NCBI GenBank assembly: GCA_964016885.1
Contig: OZ024743.1
Span: 254,758,001 to 254,822,000, forward strand
Reading direction: 5' to 3'
DNA: 64,000 nucleotides
Origin: Eledone cirrhosa
Taxonomy: Eukaryota
A program made the position numbers and the translations under genes. The notes under the pieces are model-generated. The model saw nothing but the letters and a program-made list of their open reading frames with translations, had not been told where the DNA came from and ran no database searches. Positions 15,001 through 30,000 of this stretch are shown here, one piece after another (position 1 is the first letter of the stretch; each line of letters begins with the position of its first letter).

Positions 15001-18000
15001 GGTGGTGGTGGTGGTGGTGGTGGTAGTGTTTACTGTAATGGTGATCATGGTGGTGGTGGTGGTGGTGGTGGTAGTGTTTGTTGTAATGGTGATCATGGTG
15101 GAGGTGGTGGTGGTGGTGGTAGTGTTTGTTGTAATGGTGATGATCATGGTGGTGGTGGTGGTGGTGGTGGTAGTGTTTACTGTAATGGTGATCATGGTGG
15201 TGGTGGTGGTGGTGGTGGTAGTGTTTGTTGTAATGGTGATCATGGTGGTGGTGGTGGTGGTAGTGTTTGTTGTAATGGTGATCATGGTGGAGGTGGTGGT
15301 GGTGGTAGTGTTTGTTGTAATGGTGATAATGGTGGTGGTGGTGGTAGTGTTTGTTGTAATGGTGATCATGGTGGTGGTGGTGGTAGTGTTTGTTGTAATG
15401 GTGATCATGGTGGTGGTGGTGGTGGTAGTGTTTGTTGTAATGTTGATCATGGTGGTGTTGGTGGTGGTAGTGTTTGTTGTAATGTTGATCATGGTGGTGG
15501 TGGTGGTGGTAGTGTTTGTTGTAATGGTGATCATGGTGGTGGAGGTGGTGGTGGTGTTTGTTGTAATGGTGATCATGGTGGTGTTGGTGGTGGTAGTGTT
15601 TGTTGTAATGGTGATCATGGTGGTGGAGGTGGTGGTGGTGTTTGTTGTAATGGTGATCATGGTGGTGGTGGTGGTGGTGGTAGTGTTTGTTGTAATGATG
15701 ATCATGGTGGTGTTGGTGGTGGTAGTGTTTGTTGTAATGGTGATCATGGTGGTGGAGGTGGTGGTGGTGTTTGTTGTAATGGTGATCATGGTGGTGGTGG
15801 TGGTGGTGGTAGTGTTTGTTGTAATGGTGATCATGGTGGTGGTGGTGGTGGTGGTAGTGTTTGTTGTATTGGTGATCATGGTGGTGGTGGTGGTGGTGGT
15901 GATGATAGTGTTTGTTGTAATGGTGATCATGGTGGTGGTGGTGGTGGTGGTAGTGTTTGTTGTATTGGTGATCATGGTGGTGGTGGTGGTGGTGGTAGTG
16001 TTTGTTGTAATGGTGATCATGGTGGAGTTGGTGGTAGTGTTTGTCGTAATGGTGATCATGGTGGTGGTGGTGGTAGTGTTTGTCGTAATGGTGATCATGG
16101 TGGTGGAGGTGGTGGTGGTAGTGTTTGTTGTAATGGTGATCATGGTGGAGTTGGTGGTAGTGTTTGTTGTAATGGTGATCATGGTGGTGGAGGTGGTGGT
16201 GGTAGTGTTTGTTGTAATGGTGATCATGGTGGTGGTGGTGGTGGTGGTAGTGTTTGTTGTAATGGTGATCATGGTGGTGGTGGTGGTGGTGGTAGTGTTT
16301 GTTGTAATGGTGATAACGGTGGTGGAGGTGGTGGTGGTAGTGTTTGTTGTAATGGTGATCATGGTGGTGGAGGTGGTGGTGGTAGTGTTTGTTGTAATGG
16401 TGATCATGGTGGTGGTGGTGGTGGTGGTAGTGTTTGTTGTAATGGTGATCATGGTGGTGGTGGTGGTGGTGGTAGTGTTTGTTGTAATGGTGATAACGGT
16501 GGTGGAGGTGGTGGTGGTAGTGTTTGTTGTAATGGTGATCATGGTGGAGGTGGTGGTGGTAGTGTGTGTTGTAATGGTGATCATGGTGGAGGTGGTGGTA
16601 GTGTTTGTTGTTATGGTGATCATGGTGCAGGTGGTGGTGGTAGTGTTTGTTGTAATGATGATCATGGTGGTGTTGGTGGTGGTAGTGTTTGTTGTAATGT
16701 TGATCATGCTGGTGGTGGTGGTGGTGGTAGTGTTTGTTGTAATGGTGATCATGGTGGTGGTGGTGGTGGTGGTAGTGTTTGTTGTAATGGTGATCATGGT
16801 CGTGGTGGTGGTGGTAGTGTTTGTTGTAATGGTGATCATGGTGGTGGTGGTGGTGGTAGTGTTTGTTGTAATGGTGATCATGGTGGTGGTGGTGGTGGTA
16901 GTTTTTGTTGTAATGGTGATCATGGTGGTGGTGGTGGTGGTGGTAGTGTTTGTTGTAATGATGATCATGGTGGTGGTGGTGGTGGTGGTAGTGTTTGTTG
17001 TAATGGTGATCATGGTGGTGGTGGTGGTGGTAGTGTTTGTTGTAATGGTGATCATGGTGGTGTTGGTGGTGGTAGTGTTTGTTGTAATGTTGATCATGGT
17101 GGTGGAGGTGGTGGTGGTAGTGTTTGTTGTAATGGTGATCATGGTGGTGGTGGTGGTGGTGGTAGTGTTTGTTGTAATGGTGATCATGGTGGTGGAGGTG
17201 GTGGTGGTAGTGTTTGTTGTAATGATGATCATGGTGGTGTTGGTGGTGGTAGTGTTTGTTGTAATGTTGATCATGCTGGTGGTGGTGGTGGTGGTAGTGT
17301 TTGTTGTAATGGTGATCATGGTGGTGGTGGTGGTGGTGGTAGTGTTTGTTGTATTGGTGATCATGGTGGTGGTGGTGGTGGTGGTGGTGGTAGTGTCTGT
17401 TGTAATGGTGATCATCGTGGAGGTGGTTGTGGTGGTAGTGTTTGTTGTAATAGTGATCATGGTGGTGGTGGTGGTAGTGTTTGTTGTAATGGTGTTCATG
17501 GTGGTGGTGGTGGTGGTAGTGTTTGTTGTAATGGTGGTCATGGTGGTGGTGGTGGTGGTAGTGTTCGTTGTAATGGTGCTCATGTTGGTGTTGGTGGTAG
17601 TGTTTGTTGTAATGCTGATCATGTTGGTGGTGGTGGTGGTAGTGTTTGTTGTAATGGTGGTCATGGTGGTGGTGGTGGTGGTAGTGTTCGTTGTAATGGT
17701 GATCATGTTGGTGGTGGTGGTAGTGTTTGTTGTAATGGTGATCATGGTGGTGGTGGTGGTGGTGGTGGTAGCGTTTGTTGTAATGGTGATCATGGTGGTG
17801 GTGGTGGTGGTAGTGTTTGTTGTAATGGTGATCATGGTGGTGGTGGTGGTGGTAGTGTTTGTTGTAATGGTGATCATGGTGGAGGTGGTGGTGGTGGTAG
17901 TGTTTGTTGTAATGGTGATCATGGTGGTGGTGGTGGTGGTGGTAGTGCTTGTTGTAATGGTGATCATGGTGGTGGTGGTGGTGGTAGTGTTTGTTGTAAT

Positions 18001-21000
18001 GTTGATCATGGTGGTGGTGGTGGTGATAGTGCTTGTTGTAATGGTGATCATGGTGGTGGTGGTGGTGGTAGTGTTTGTTGTAATGATGATCATGGTGGTG
18101 GTGGTGGTGGTAGTGTTTGTTGTAATGGTGATCATGGTGGTGTTGGTGGTGGTAGTAGTGTTTGTTTTAATGGTGATCATGGTGGTGGTGGTGGTGGTGG
18201 TGGTAGTGTTTGTTGTAATGGTGATCATGGTGGTGTTGGTGGTGGTAGTAGTGTTTGTTTTAATGGTGATCATGGTGGTGGTGGTGGTGGTGGTGGTGGT
18301 AGTGTTTGTTGTAATGGTGATCATGGTGGTGGTGGTGGTGGTGGTGGTGGTAGTGTTTGTTGTAAAGGTGATCATGGTGGTGGTGGTAGTGTTTATTGTA
18401 ATGGTGATCATGGTGGTGTTGGTGGTGGTGGTAGTGTTTGTTTTAATGGTGATCATGGTGGTGGTGGTGGTGGTGGTAGTGTTTGTTGTAATGGTGATGA
18501 TCATGGTGGTGGTGGTGGTGGTGGTGGTAGTGTTTATTGTAATGGTGATCATGGTGGTGGTGGTGGTGGTGGTGGTAGTGTTTGTTGTAATGGTGATCAT
18601 GGTGGTGGTGGTGGTGGTAGTGTTTGTTGTAATGGTGATCATGGTGGAGGTGGTGGTGGTGGTAGTGTTTGTTGTAATGGTGATAATGGTGGTGGTGGTG
18701 GTAGTGTTTGTTGTAATGGTGATCATGGTGGTGGTGGTGGTGGTAGTGTTTGTTGTAATGGTGATCATGGTGGTGGTGGTGGTGGTAGTGTTTGTTGTAA
18801 TGTTGATCATGGTGGCGTTGGTGGTGGTAGTGTTTGTTGTAATGTTGATCATGGTGGTGGTGGTGGTAGTGTTTGTTGTAATGGTGATCATGGTGGTGTT
18901 GGTGGTGGTGGTAGTGTTTGTTGTAATGTTGATCATGCTGGTGGTGGTGGTGGTGGTAGTGTTTGTTGTATTGGTGATCATGGTGGTGGTGGTGGTGGTG
19001 GTGGTGATAGTGTTTGTTGTAATGGTGATCATGGTGGTGGTGGTGGTGGTGGTAGTGTTTGTTGTATTGGTGATCATGGTGGTGGTGGTGGTGGTGGTAG
19101 TGTTTGTTGTAATGGTGATAATGGTGGTGGAGGTGGTGGTGGTAGTGTTTGTTGTAATGGTGATCATGGTGGTGGTGGTGGTGGTAGTGTTTGTTGTAAT
19201 GGTGATCATGGTGGTGTTGGTGGTGGTGGTAGTGTTTGTTGTAATGGTGATAATGGTGGTGGAGGTGGTGGTGGTAGTGTTTGTTGTAATGGTGATCATG
19301 GTGGTGGTGGTGGTGGTAGTGTTTGTTGTAATGGTGATCATGGTGGTGTTGGTGGTGGTGGTAGTGTTTGTTGTAATGGTGATCATGGTGGTGGTGGTGG
19401 TGGTGGTAGTGTTTGTTGTAATGGTGATAATGGTGGTGGAGGTGGTGGTGGTAGTGTTTGTTGTTATGGTGATCATGGTTCAGGTGGTGGTGGTAGTGTG
19501 TGTTGTAATGGTGATCATGTTGGTGGTGGTGGTGGTGGTAGTGTTTGTTGTAATGGTGATCATGGTGGTGGTGGTTGTGGTAGTGTTTGTTGTAATTGTG
19601 ATCATGGTGGTGGTGGTGGTGGTGGTGTGTGTTGTAATGGTGATCATGGTCGTGGTGGTGGTGGTAGTGTTTGTTGTAATGGTGATCATGGTGGTGGTGG
19701 TGGTGGTGGTAGTGTTTGTTGTAATGATGATCATGGTGGTGGTGGTGGTGGTAGTGTTTGTTGTAATGGTGATCATGGTGGTGGTGGTGGTGGTAGTGTT
19801 TGTTGTAATTGTGATCATGGTGGTGGTGGTGGTGGTGGTAGTGTTTGTTGTAATGGTGATCATGGTGGTGGTGGTGGTGGTAGTGTTTGTTGTAACGGTG
19901 ATCATGGTCGTGGTGGTGGTGGTAGTGTTTGTTGTAATGGTGATCATGGTCGTGGTGGTGGTGGTAGTGTTAGTTGTAATGGTGATCATGGTCGTGGTGG
20001 TGGTGGTAGTGTTTGTTGTAATGGTGATCATGGTGGTGGTGGTGGTGGTAGTGTTTCTTGTAATGGTGATCATGGTGGTGGTGGTGGTGGTGGTAGTGTT
20101 TGTTGTAACGGTGATCATGGTCGTGGTGGTGGTGGTAGTGTTTGTTGTAATGGTGATCATGGTGGTGGTGGTGGTGGTAGTGTTTGTTGTAATGGTGATC
20201 ATGGTGGTGGTGGTGGTGGTAGTGTTTGTTGTAATGGTGATCATGGTGGTGGTGGTGGTGGTAGTGTTTCTTGTAATGGTGATCATGGTGGTGGTGGTGG
20301 TGGTAGTGTTTGTTGTAACGGTGATCATGGTCGTGGTGGTGGTGGTAGTGTTTGTTGTAATGGTGATCATGGTGGTGGTGGTGGTGGTAGTGTTTGTTGT
20401 AATGGTGATCATGGTGGTGGTGGTGGTGGTAGTTTTTGTTGTAATGGTGATCATGGTGGTGGTGGTGGTGGTGGTAGTGTTTGTTGTAATGATGATCATG
20501 GTGGTGGTGGTGGTGGTAGTGTTTGTTGTAATGGTGATCATGGTGGTGGTGGTGGTGGTAGTGTTTGTTGTAATGGTGATCATGGTGGTGGTGGTGGTGG
20601 TAGTGTTTGTTGTAATGGTGATCATGGTGGTGGTGGTGGTGGTAGTGTTTGTTGTAACGGTGATCATGGTCGTGGTGGTGGTGGTAGTGTTTGTTGTAAT
20701 GGTGATCATGGTGGTGGTGGTGGTGGTAGTGTTTGTTGTAATGGTGATCATGGTGGTGGTGGTGGTGGTAGTTTTTGTTGTAATGGTGATCATGGTGGTG
20801 GTGGTGGTGGTGGTAGTGTTTGTTGTAATGATGATCATGGTGGTGGTGGTGGTGGTAGTGTTTGTTGTAATGGTGATCATGGTGGTGGTGGTGGTAGTGT
20901 TTGTTGTAATGGTGATCATGGTGGTGGTGGTGGTGGTGGTAGTGTTTGTTGTAATGGTGATCATGGTGGTGGTGGTGGTAGTGTTTGTTGTTATGGTGAT

Positions 21001-24000
21001 CATGGTGGTGTTGGTGGTGGTGGTAGTGTTTGTTGTAATGGTGATCATGGTCGTGGTGGTGGTGGTAGTGTTTGTTGTAATGGTGATCATGGTGGTGGTG
21101 GTGGTGGTGGTAGTGTTTGTTGTAATGGTGATCATGGTGGTGGTGGTGGTAGTGTTTGTTGTTATGGTGATCATGGTGGTGTTGGTGGTGGTGGTAGTGT
21201 TTGTTGTAATGGTGATCATGGTCGTGGTGGTGGTGGTAATGTTTGTTGTAATGGTGATCATGGTGGTGGTGGTGGTGGTGGTAGTGTTTGTTGTAATGGT
21301 GATCATGGTGGTGGTGGTGGTGGTAGTGTTTGTTGTAATGGTGATCATGGTGGTGTTGGTGGTGGTGGTGGTAGTGTTTGTTGTAACGGTGATCATGGTG
21401 GTGGTGGTGGTGGTGACAGTGTTTGTTGTAATGGTGATCATGGTGGTGGTGGTGGTGGTGGTGGTGGTGGTGTTTGTTGTAATGGTGATCATGGTGGTGG
21501 TGGTGGTGGTAGTGTTTGTTTTAATGGTGATCATGGTGGTGGTGGTGGTGGTAGTGTTTGTTGTAATGGTGATCATGTTGGTGGTGGTGGTGGTAGTGTT
21601 TGTTGTAATGGTGATCATGGTGGTGGAGGTGGTGGTGGTAGTGTTTGTTGTAATAGTGATCATGGTGGTGGTGGTGGTGGTGGTAGTGTTTGTTGTAATG
21701 GTGATGATGGTGGTGGTGGTGGTAGTGTTTGTTTTAATGGTGATCATGTTGGTGGTGGTGGTGGTGGTGGTGGTAGTGTTTGTTGTAATGGTGATCATGG
21801 TGGTGGTGGTGGTGGTGGTGGTGGTGGTAGTGTTTGTTGTAATGGTGGTCATGGTGGTGGTGGTGGTGGTAGTGTTCGTTGTAATGGTGATCATGTTGGT
21901 GGTGGTGGTAGTGTTTGTTGTAATGGTGATCATGCTGGTGGTGGTGGTGGTGGTGGTAGCGTTTGTTGTAATGGTGATCATGGTGGTGGTGGTGGTGGTA
22001 GTGTTTGTTGTAATGGTGATCATGGTGGTGGTGGTGGTGGTAGTGTTTGTTGTAATGGTGATCATGTTGGAGGTGGTGGTGGTGGTAGTGTTTGTTGTAA
22101 TGGTGATCATGGTGGTGGTGGTGGTGGTGGTAGTGCTTGTTGTAATGGTGATCATGGTGGTGGTGGTAGTGTTTGTTGTAATGGTGATCATAGTGGTGGT
22201 GGTGGTGATAGTGCTTGTTGTAATGGTGATCATGGTGGTGGTGGTGGTGGTAGTGTTTGTTGTAATGATGATCATGGTGGTGGTGGTGGTGGTAGTGTTT
22301 GTTGTAATGGTGATCATGGTGGTGTTGGTGGTGGTAGTAGTGTTTGTTTTAATGGTGATCATGGTGGTGGTGGTGGTGGTGGTGGTGGTAGTGTTTGTTG
22401 TAATGGTGATCATGGTGGTGTTGGTGGTGGTAGTAGTGTTTGTTTTAATGGTGATCATGGTGGTGGTGGTGGTGGTGGTGGTGGTAGTGTTTGTTGTAAA
22501 GGTGATCATGGTGGTGGTGGTGGTGGTAGTGTTTATTGTAATGGTGATCATGGTGGTGTTGGTGGTGGTGGTAGTGTTTGTTGTAATGGTGATGATCATG
22601 GTGGTGGTGGTGGTGGTGGTAGTGTTTACTGTAATGGTGATCATGGTGGTGGTGGTGGTGGTGGTGGTAGTGTTTGTTGTAATGGTGATCATGGTGGAGG
22701 TGGTGGTGGTGGTGGTAGTGTTTGTTGTAATGGTGATGATCATGGTGGTGGTGGTGGTGGTGGTGGTAGTGTTTACTGTAATGGTGATCATGGTGGTGGT
22801 GGTGGTGGTGGTGGTAGTGTTTGTTGTAATGGTGATCATGGTGGTGGTGGTGGTGGTAGTGTTTGTTGTAATGGTGATCATGGTGGAGGTGGTGGTGGTG
22901 GTAGTGTTTGTTGTAATGGTGATAATGGTGGTGGTGGTGGTAGTGTTTGTTGTAATGGTGATCATGGTGGTGGTGGTGGTAGTGTTTGTTGTAATGGTGA
23001 TCATGGTGGTGGTGGTGGTGGTAGTGTTTGTTGTAATGTTGATCATGGTGGTGTTGGTGGTGGTAGTGTTTGTTGTAATGTTGATCATGGTGGTGGTGGT
23101 GGTGGTAGTGTTTGTTGTAATGGTGATCATGGTGGTGGAGGTGGTGGTGGTGTTTGTTGTAATGGTGATCATGGTGGTGTTGGTGGTGGTAGTGTTTGTT
23201 GTAATGGTGATCATGGTGGTGGAGGTGGTGGTGGTGTTTGTTGTAATGGTGATCATGGTGGTGGTGGTGGTGGTGGTAGTGTTTGTTGTAATGATGATCA
23301 TGGTGGTGTTGGTGGTGGTAGTGTTTGTTGTAATGGTGATCATGGTGGTGGAGGTGGTGGTGGTGTTTGTTGTAATGGTGATCATGGTGGTGGTGGTGGT
23401 GGTGGTAGTGTTTGTTGTAATGGTGATCATGGTGGTGGTGGTGGTGGTGGTAGTGTTTGTTGTATTGGTGATCATGGTGGTGGTGGTGGTGGTGGTGATG
23501 ATAGTGTTTGTTGTAATGGTGATCATGGTGGTGGTGGTGGTGGTGGTAGTGTTTGTTGTATTGGTGATCATGGTGGTGGTGGTGGTGGTGGTAGTGTTTG
23601 TTGTATTGGTGATCATGGTGGTGGTGGTGGTGGTGGTGATGATAGTGTTTGTTGTAATGGTGATCATGGTGGTGGTGGTGGTGGTGGTAGTGTTTGTTGT
23701 ATTGGTGATCATGGTGGTGGTGGTGGTGGTGGTAGTGTTTGTTGTAATGGTGATCATGGTGGAGTTGGTGGTAGTGTTTGTCGTAATGGTGATCATGGTG
23801 GTGGTGGTGGTAGTGTTTGTCGTAATGGTGATCATGGTGGTGGAGGTGGTGGTGGTAGTGTTTGTTGTAATGGTGATAACGGTGGTGGAGGTGGTGGTGG
23901 TAGTGTTTGTTGTAATGGTGATCATGGTGGAGGTGGTGGTGGTAGTGTGTGTTGTAATGGTGATCATGGTGGAGGTGGTGGTAGTGTTTGTTGTTATGGT

Positions 24001-27000
24001 GATCATGGTGCAGGTGGTGGTGGTAGTGTTTGTTGTAATGATGATCATGGTGGTGTTGGTGGTGGTAGTGTTTGTTGTAATGTTGATCATGCTGGTGGTG
24101 GTGGTGGTGGTAGTGTTTGTTGTAATGGTGATCATGGTGGTGGTGGTGGTGGTGGTAGTGTTTGTTGTATTGGTGATCATGGTGGTGGTGGTGGTGGTGG
24201 TGATGATAGTGTTTGTTGTAATGGTGATCATGGTGGTGGTGTTGGTGGTAGTGTGTGTTGTAATGGTGATCATGGTGGTGGTGGTGGTGGTGGTAGTGTC
24301 TGTTGTAATGGTGATCATGGTCGTGGTGGTGGTGGTAGTGTTTGTTGTAATGGTGATCATGGTGGTGGTGGTGGTGGTAGTGTTTGTTGTAATTGTGATC
24401 ATGGTGGTGGTGGTGGTGGTGGTATTGTTTGTTGTAATGGTGATCATGGTGGTGGTGGTGGTGGTAGTGTTTGTTGTAACGGTGATCATGGTCGTCGTGG
24501 TGGTGGTAGTGTTTGTTGTAATGGTGATCATGGTCGTGGTGGTGGTGGTAGTGTTAGTTGTAATGGTGATCATGGTCGTGGTGGTGGTGGTAGTGTTTGT
24601 TGTAATGGTGATCATGGTGGTGGTGGTGGTGGTAGTGTTTGTTGTAATGGTGATCATGGTGGAGGTGGTGGTAGTGTTTGTTGTAATGGTGATCATGGTG
24701 GTGGTGGTGGTGGTGATAGTGTTTGTTGTAATGGTGATCATGGTGGTGGTGGTGGTGGTAGTGTTTGTTGTAATGGTGATCATGGTGGTGGTGGTGGTGG
24801 TGGTAGTGTTTGTTGTAATGATGATCATGGTGGTGGTGGTGGTGGTAGTGTTTGTTGTAATGGTGATCATGGTGGTGGTGGTGGTGGTAGTGTTTGTTGT
24901 AATGGTGATCATGGTGGTGGTGGTGGTGGTGGTAGTGTTTGTTGTAATGGTGATCATGGTGGTGGTGGTGGTAGTGTTTGTTGTTATGGTGATCATGGTG
25001 GTGTTGGTGGTGGTGGTAGTGTTTGTTGTAATGGTGATCATGGTGGTGGTGGTAGTGTTTGTTGTAATGGTGATCATGGTGGTGGTGGTGGTGGTGGTAG
25101 TGTTTGTTGTAATGGTGATGATGGTGGTGGTGGTGGTGGTGGTGTTTGTTGTAATGATGATCATGGTGGTGTTGGTCGTGGTGGTGGTAGTGTTTGTTGT
25201 AACGGTGATCATGGTGGTGGTGGTGGTGGTGACAGTGTTTGTTGTAATGGTGATCATGGTGGTGGTGGTGGTGGTGGTGGTGGTGTTTGTTGTAATGGTG
25301 ATCATGGTGGTGGTGGTGGTGGTAGTGTTTGTTTTAATGGTGATCATGGTGGTGGTGGTGGTGGTAGTGTTTGTTGTAATGATGATCATGTTGGTGGTGG
25401 TGGTGGTAGTGTTTGTTGTAATGGTGATAATGGTGGTGGTGGTGGTAGTGTTTGTTGTAATGATGATCATGTTGGTGGTGGTGGTGGTAGTGTTTGTTTT
25501 AATGGTGATCATGTTGGTGGTGGTGGTAGTGTTTGTTGTAATGGTGATGATGGTGGTGGTGGTGGTGGTGGTAGTGTTTGTTGTAATGGTGATCATGGTG
25601 GTGGAGGTGGTGGTGGTAGTGTTTGTTGTAATAGTGATCATGGTGGTGGTGGTGGTGGTGGTAGTGTTTGTTGTAATGGTGATGATGGTGGTGGTGGTGG
25701 TGGTGGTGGTAGTGTTTGTTGTAAAGGTGATCATGGTGGTGTTGGTGGTAGTGTTTGTTGTAATGGTGATCATGGTGGTGGTGGTGGTGGTGGTAGTGTT
25801 TGTTGTAATGGTGATGATGGTGGTGGTGGTGGTGGTGGTGTTTGTTGTAATGATGATCATGGTGGTGGTGGTGGTGGTAGTGTTTGTTGTAATGGTGATC
25901 ATGGTGGTGGTGGTGGTGGTAGTGTTTGTTGTAATGGTGATGATGGTGGTGGAGGTGGTGGTGGTAGTGTTTGTTGTAATGGTGATGATGGTGGTGGAGG
26001 TGGTGGTGGTAGTGTTTGTTGTAATGGTGATCATGGTGGTGGAGGTGGTGGTGGTAGTGTTTGTTTTAATGGTGATCATGTTGGTGGTGGTGGTAGTGTT
26101 TGTTGTAATGGTGATGATGGTGGTGGTGGTGGTGGTGGTAGTGTTTGTTGTAATGGTGATGATGGTGGTGGAGGTGGTGGTGGTAGTGTTTGTTCTAATG
26201 GTGATGATGGTGGTGGTGGTGGTGGTAGTGTTTGTTGTAATGGTGGTCATGGTGGTGGTGGTGGTAGTGTTTGTTGTAATGGTGATCATGGTGGTGGTGG
26301 TGGTGGTAGTATTTGTTGTAATGGTGATCATGGTGGTGGTGGCGGTGGTGGTAGTGTTTGTTGTAATGGTGGTCATGGTCGTGGTGGTGGTGGTGGTAGT
26401 GTTTGTTGTAATGGTGATCATGTTGGTGGTGGTGGTGGTAGTGTTTGTTGTAATGATGATCATGGTGGTGGTGGTGGTAGTGTTTGTTGTAATGATGATC
26501 ATGGTGGTGGAGCTGGTGGTAGTGTTTGTTGTAATGATGATCATGGTGGTGGTGGTGGTGGTAGTGTTTGTTGTAATGATGATCATGGTGGTGGTGGTGG
26601 TGGTAGTGTTTGTTGTAATGATGATCATGGTGGTGGTGGTGGTGGTAGTGTTTGTTGTAATGGTGATCATGTTGGTGGTGGTGGTGGTGGTAGTGTTTGT
26701 TGTAATGGTGATGATGGTGGTGGTGGTGGTGGTGGTGGTAGTGTGTGTTGTAATGGTGATCATGGTGGTGGTGGTGGTGGTGGTAGTGTCTGTTGTAATG
26801 GTGATCATGGTCGTGGTGGTGGTGGTAGTGTTTGTTGTAATGGTGATCATGGTGGTGGTGGTGGTGGTAGTGTTTGTTGTAATTGTGATCATGGTGGTGG
26901 TGGTGGTGGTGGTATTGTTTGTTGTAATGGTGATCATGGTGGTGGTGGTGGTGGTAGTGTTTGTTGTAACGGTGATCATGGTCGTCGTGGTGGTGGTAGT

Positions 27001-30000
27001 GTTAGTTGTAATGGTGATCATAGTCGTGGTGGTGGTGGTAGTGTTAGTTGTAATGGTGATCATGGTCGTGGTGGTGGTGGTAGTGTTAGTTGTAATGGTG
27101 ATCATGGTCGTGGTGGTGGTGGTAGTGTTAGTTGTAATGGTGATCATAGTCGTGGTGGTGGTGGTAGTGTTTGTTGTAATGGTGATCATGGTGGTGGTGG
27201 TGGTGGTAGTGTTTGTTGTAATGGTGATCATGGTGGTGGTGGTGGTGGTAGTGTTAGTTGTAATGGTGATCATAGTCGTGGTGGTGGTGGTAGTGTTAGT
27301 TGTAATGGTGATCATGGTCGTCGTGGTGGTGGTAGTGTTTGTTGTAATGGTGATCATGGTCGTGGTGGTGGTGGTAGTGTTTGTTGTAATGGTGATCATA
27401 GTCGTGGTGGTGGTGGTAGTGTTAGTTGTAATGGTGATCATGGTCGTCGTGGTGGTGGTAGTGTTTGTTGTAATGGTGATCATGGTCGTGGTGGTGGTGG
27501 TAGTGTTAGTTGTAATGGTGATCATAGTCGTGGTGGTGGTGGTAGTGTTTGTTGTAATGGTGATCATGGTGGTGGTGGTGGTGGTAGTGTTTGTTGTAAT
27601 GGTGATCATGGTGGTGGTGGTGGTGGTAGTGTTTGTTGTAACGGTGATCATGGTCGTGGTGGTGGTGGTGGTGGTAGCGTTTGTTGTAATGGTGATCATG
27701 GTCGTGGTGGTGGTGGTAGTGTTTGTTGTAATGGTGATCATGATGGTGGTGGTGGTGGTGGTAGTGTTTGTTGTAATGGTGATCATGGTCGTGGTGGTGG
27801 TGGTAGTGTTTGTTGTAATGGTGATCATGATGGTGGTGGTGGTGGTGGTAGTGTTTGTTGTAATGGTGATCATGGTGGTGGTGGTGGTGGTAGTGTTTGT
27901 TGTAACGGTGATCATGGTCGTGGTGGTGGTGGTAGTGTTTGTTGTAATGGTGATCATGGTGGTGGTGGTGGTGGTAGTGTTTGTTGTAATGGTGATCATG
28001 GTGGTGGTGGTGGTGGTAGTTTTTGTTGTAATGGTGATCATGGTGGTGGTGGTGGTGGTGGTAGTGTTTGTTGTAATGATGATCATGGTGGTGGTGGTGG
28101 TGGTAGTGTTTGTTGTAATGGTGATCATGGTGGTGGTGGTGGTGGTAGTGTTTGTTGTAATGGTGATCATGGTGGTGGTGGTGGTGGTGGTAGTGTTTGT
28201 TGTAATGGTGATCATGGTGGTGGTGCTGGTAGTGTTTGTTGTTATGGTGATCATGGTGGTGTTGGTGGTGGTGGTAGTGTTTGTTGTAATGGTGATCATG
28301 GTCGTGGTGGTGGTGGTAATGTTTGTTGTAATGGTGATCATGGTGGTGGTGGTGGTGGTGGTAGTGTTTGTTGTAATGGTGATCATGGTGGTGTTGGTGG
28401 TGGTGGTAGTGTTTGTTGTAACGGTGATCATGGTGGTGGTGGTGGTGGTGACAGTGTTTGTTGTAACGGTGATCATGGTGGTGGTGGTGGTGGTGGTGGT
28501 GGTGTTTGTTGTAATGGTGATCATGGTGGTGGTGGTGGTGGTAGTGTTTGTTTTAATGGTGATCATGGTGGTGGTGGTGGTGGTAGTGTTTGTTGTAATG
28601 GTGATCATGGTGGTGGTGGTGGTGGTGGTGGTGGTGTTTGTTGTAATGGTGATCATGGTGGTGGTGGTGGTGGTAGTGTTTGTTTTAATGGTGATCATGG
28701 TGGTGGTGGTGGTGGTAGTGTTTGTTGTAATGGTGATCATGGTGGAGGTGGTGGTGGTAGTGTTTGTTGTAATGGTGATCATGGTGGTGGTGGTGGTGGT
28801 AGTGTTTGTTGTAATGGTGATCATGGTGGTGGTGGTGGTGGTGGTGGTGGTGTTTGTTGTAATGGTGATCATGGTGGTGGTGGTGGTGGTAGTGTTTGTT
28901 TTAATGGTGATCATGGTGGTGGTGGTGGTGGTAGTGTTTGTTGTAATGGTGATCATGGTGGTGGTGGTGGTGGTGGTGGTGGTGTTTGTTGTAATGGTGA
29001 TCATGGTGGTGGTGGTGGTGGTAGTGTTTGTTTTAATGGTGATCATGGTGGTGGTGGTGGTGGTAGTGTTTGTTGTAATGATGATCATGTTGGTGGTGGT
29101 GGTGGTAGTGTTTGTTGTAATGGTGATAATGGTGGTGGTGGTGGTAGTGTTTGTTTTAATGGTGATCATGTTGGTGGTGGTGGTAGTGTTTGTTGTAATG
29201 GTGATGATGGTGGTGGTGGTGGTGGTGGTAGTGTTTGTTGTAATGGTGATCATGGTGGTGGTGGTGGTGGTGGTAGTGTTTGTTGTAATGGTGATCATGG
29301 TGGTGGAGGTGGTGGTGGTAGTGTTTGTTGTAATAGTGATCATGGTGGTGGTGGTGGTGGTGGTAGTGTTTGTTGTAATGGTGATGATGGTGGTGGTGGT
29401 GGTGGTGGTGGTAGTGTTTGTTGTAAAGGTGATCATGGTGGTGTTGGTGGTAGTGTTTGTTGTAATGGTGATCATGGTGGTGGTGGTGGTGGTGGTAGTG
29501 TTTGTTGTAATGGTGATGATGGTGGTGGTGGTGGTGGTGGTGTTTGTTGTAATGATGATCATGGTGGTGGTGGTGGTGGTAGTGTTTGTTGTAATGGTGA
29601 TCATGGTGGTGGTGGTGGTGGTAGTGTTTGTTGTAATGGTGATGATGGTGGTGGAGGTGGTGGTGGTAGTGTTTGTTGTAATGGTGATGATGGTGGTGGA
29701 GGTGGTGGTGGTAGTGTTTGTTGTAATGGTGATCATGGTGGTGGAGGTGGTGGTGGTAGTGTTTGTTGTAATGGTGGTCATGGTGGTGGTGGTGGTAGTG
29801 TTTGTTGTAATGGTGATCATGGTGGTGGTGGTGGTGGTGGTAGTGTTTGTTGTAATGGTGATGATGGTGGTGGTGGTGGTGGTGGTAGTGTTTGTTGTAA
29901 TGGTGGTCATGGTGGTGGTGGTGGTAGTGTTTGTTGTAATGGTGATCATGGTGGTGGTGGTGGTGGTGGTAGTGTTTGTTGTAATGGTGATCATGGTAGT

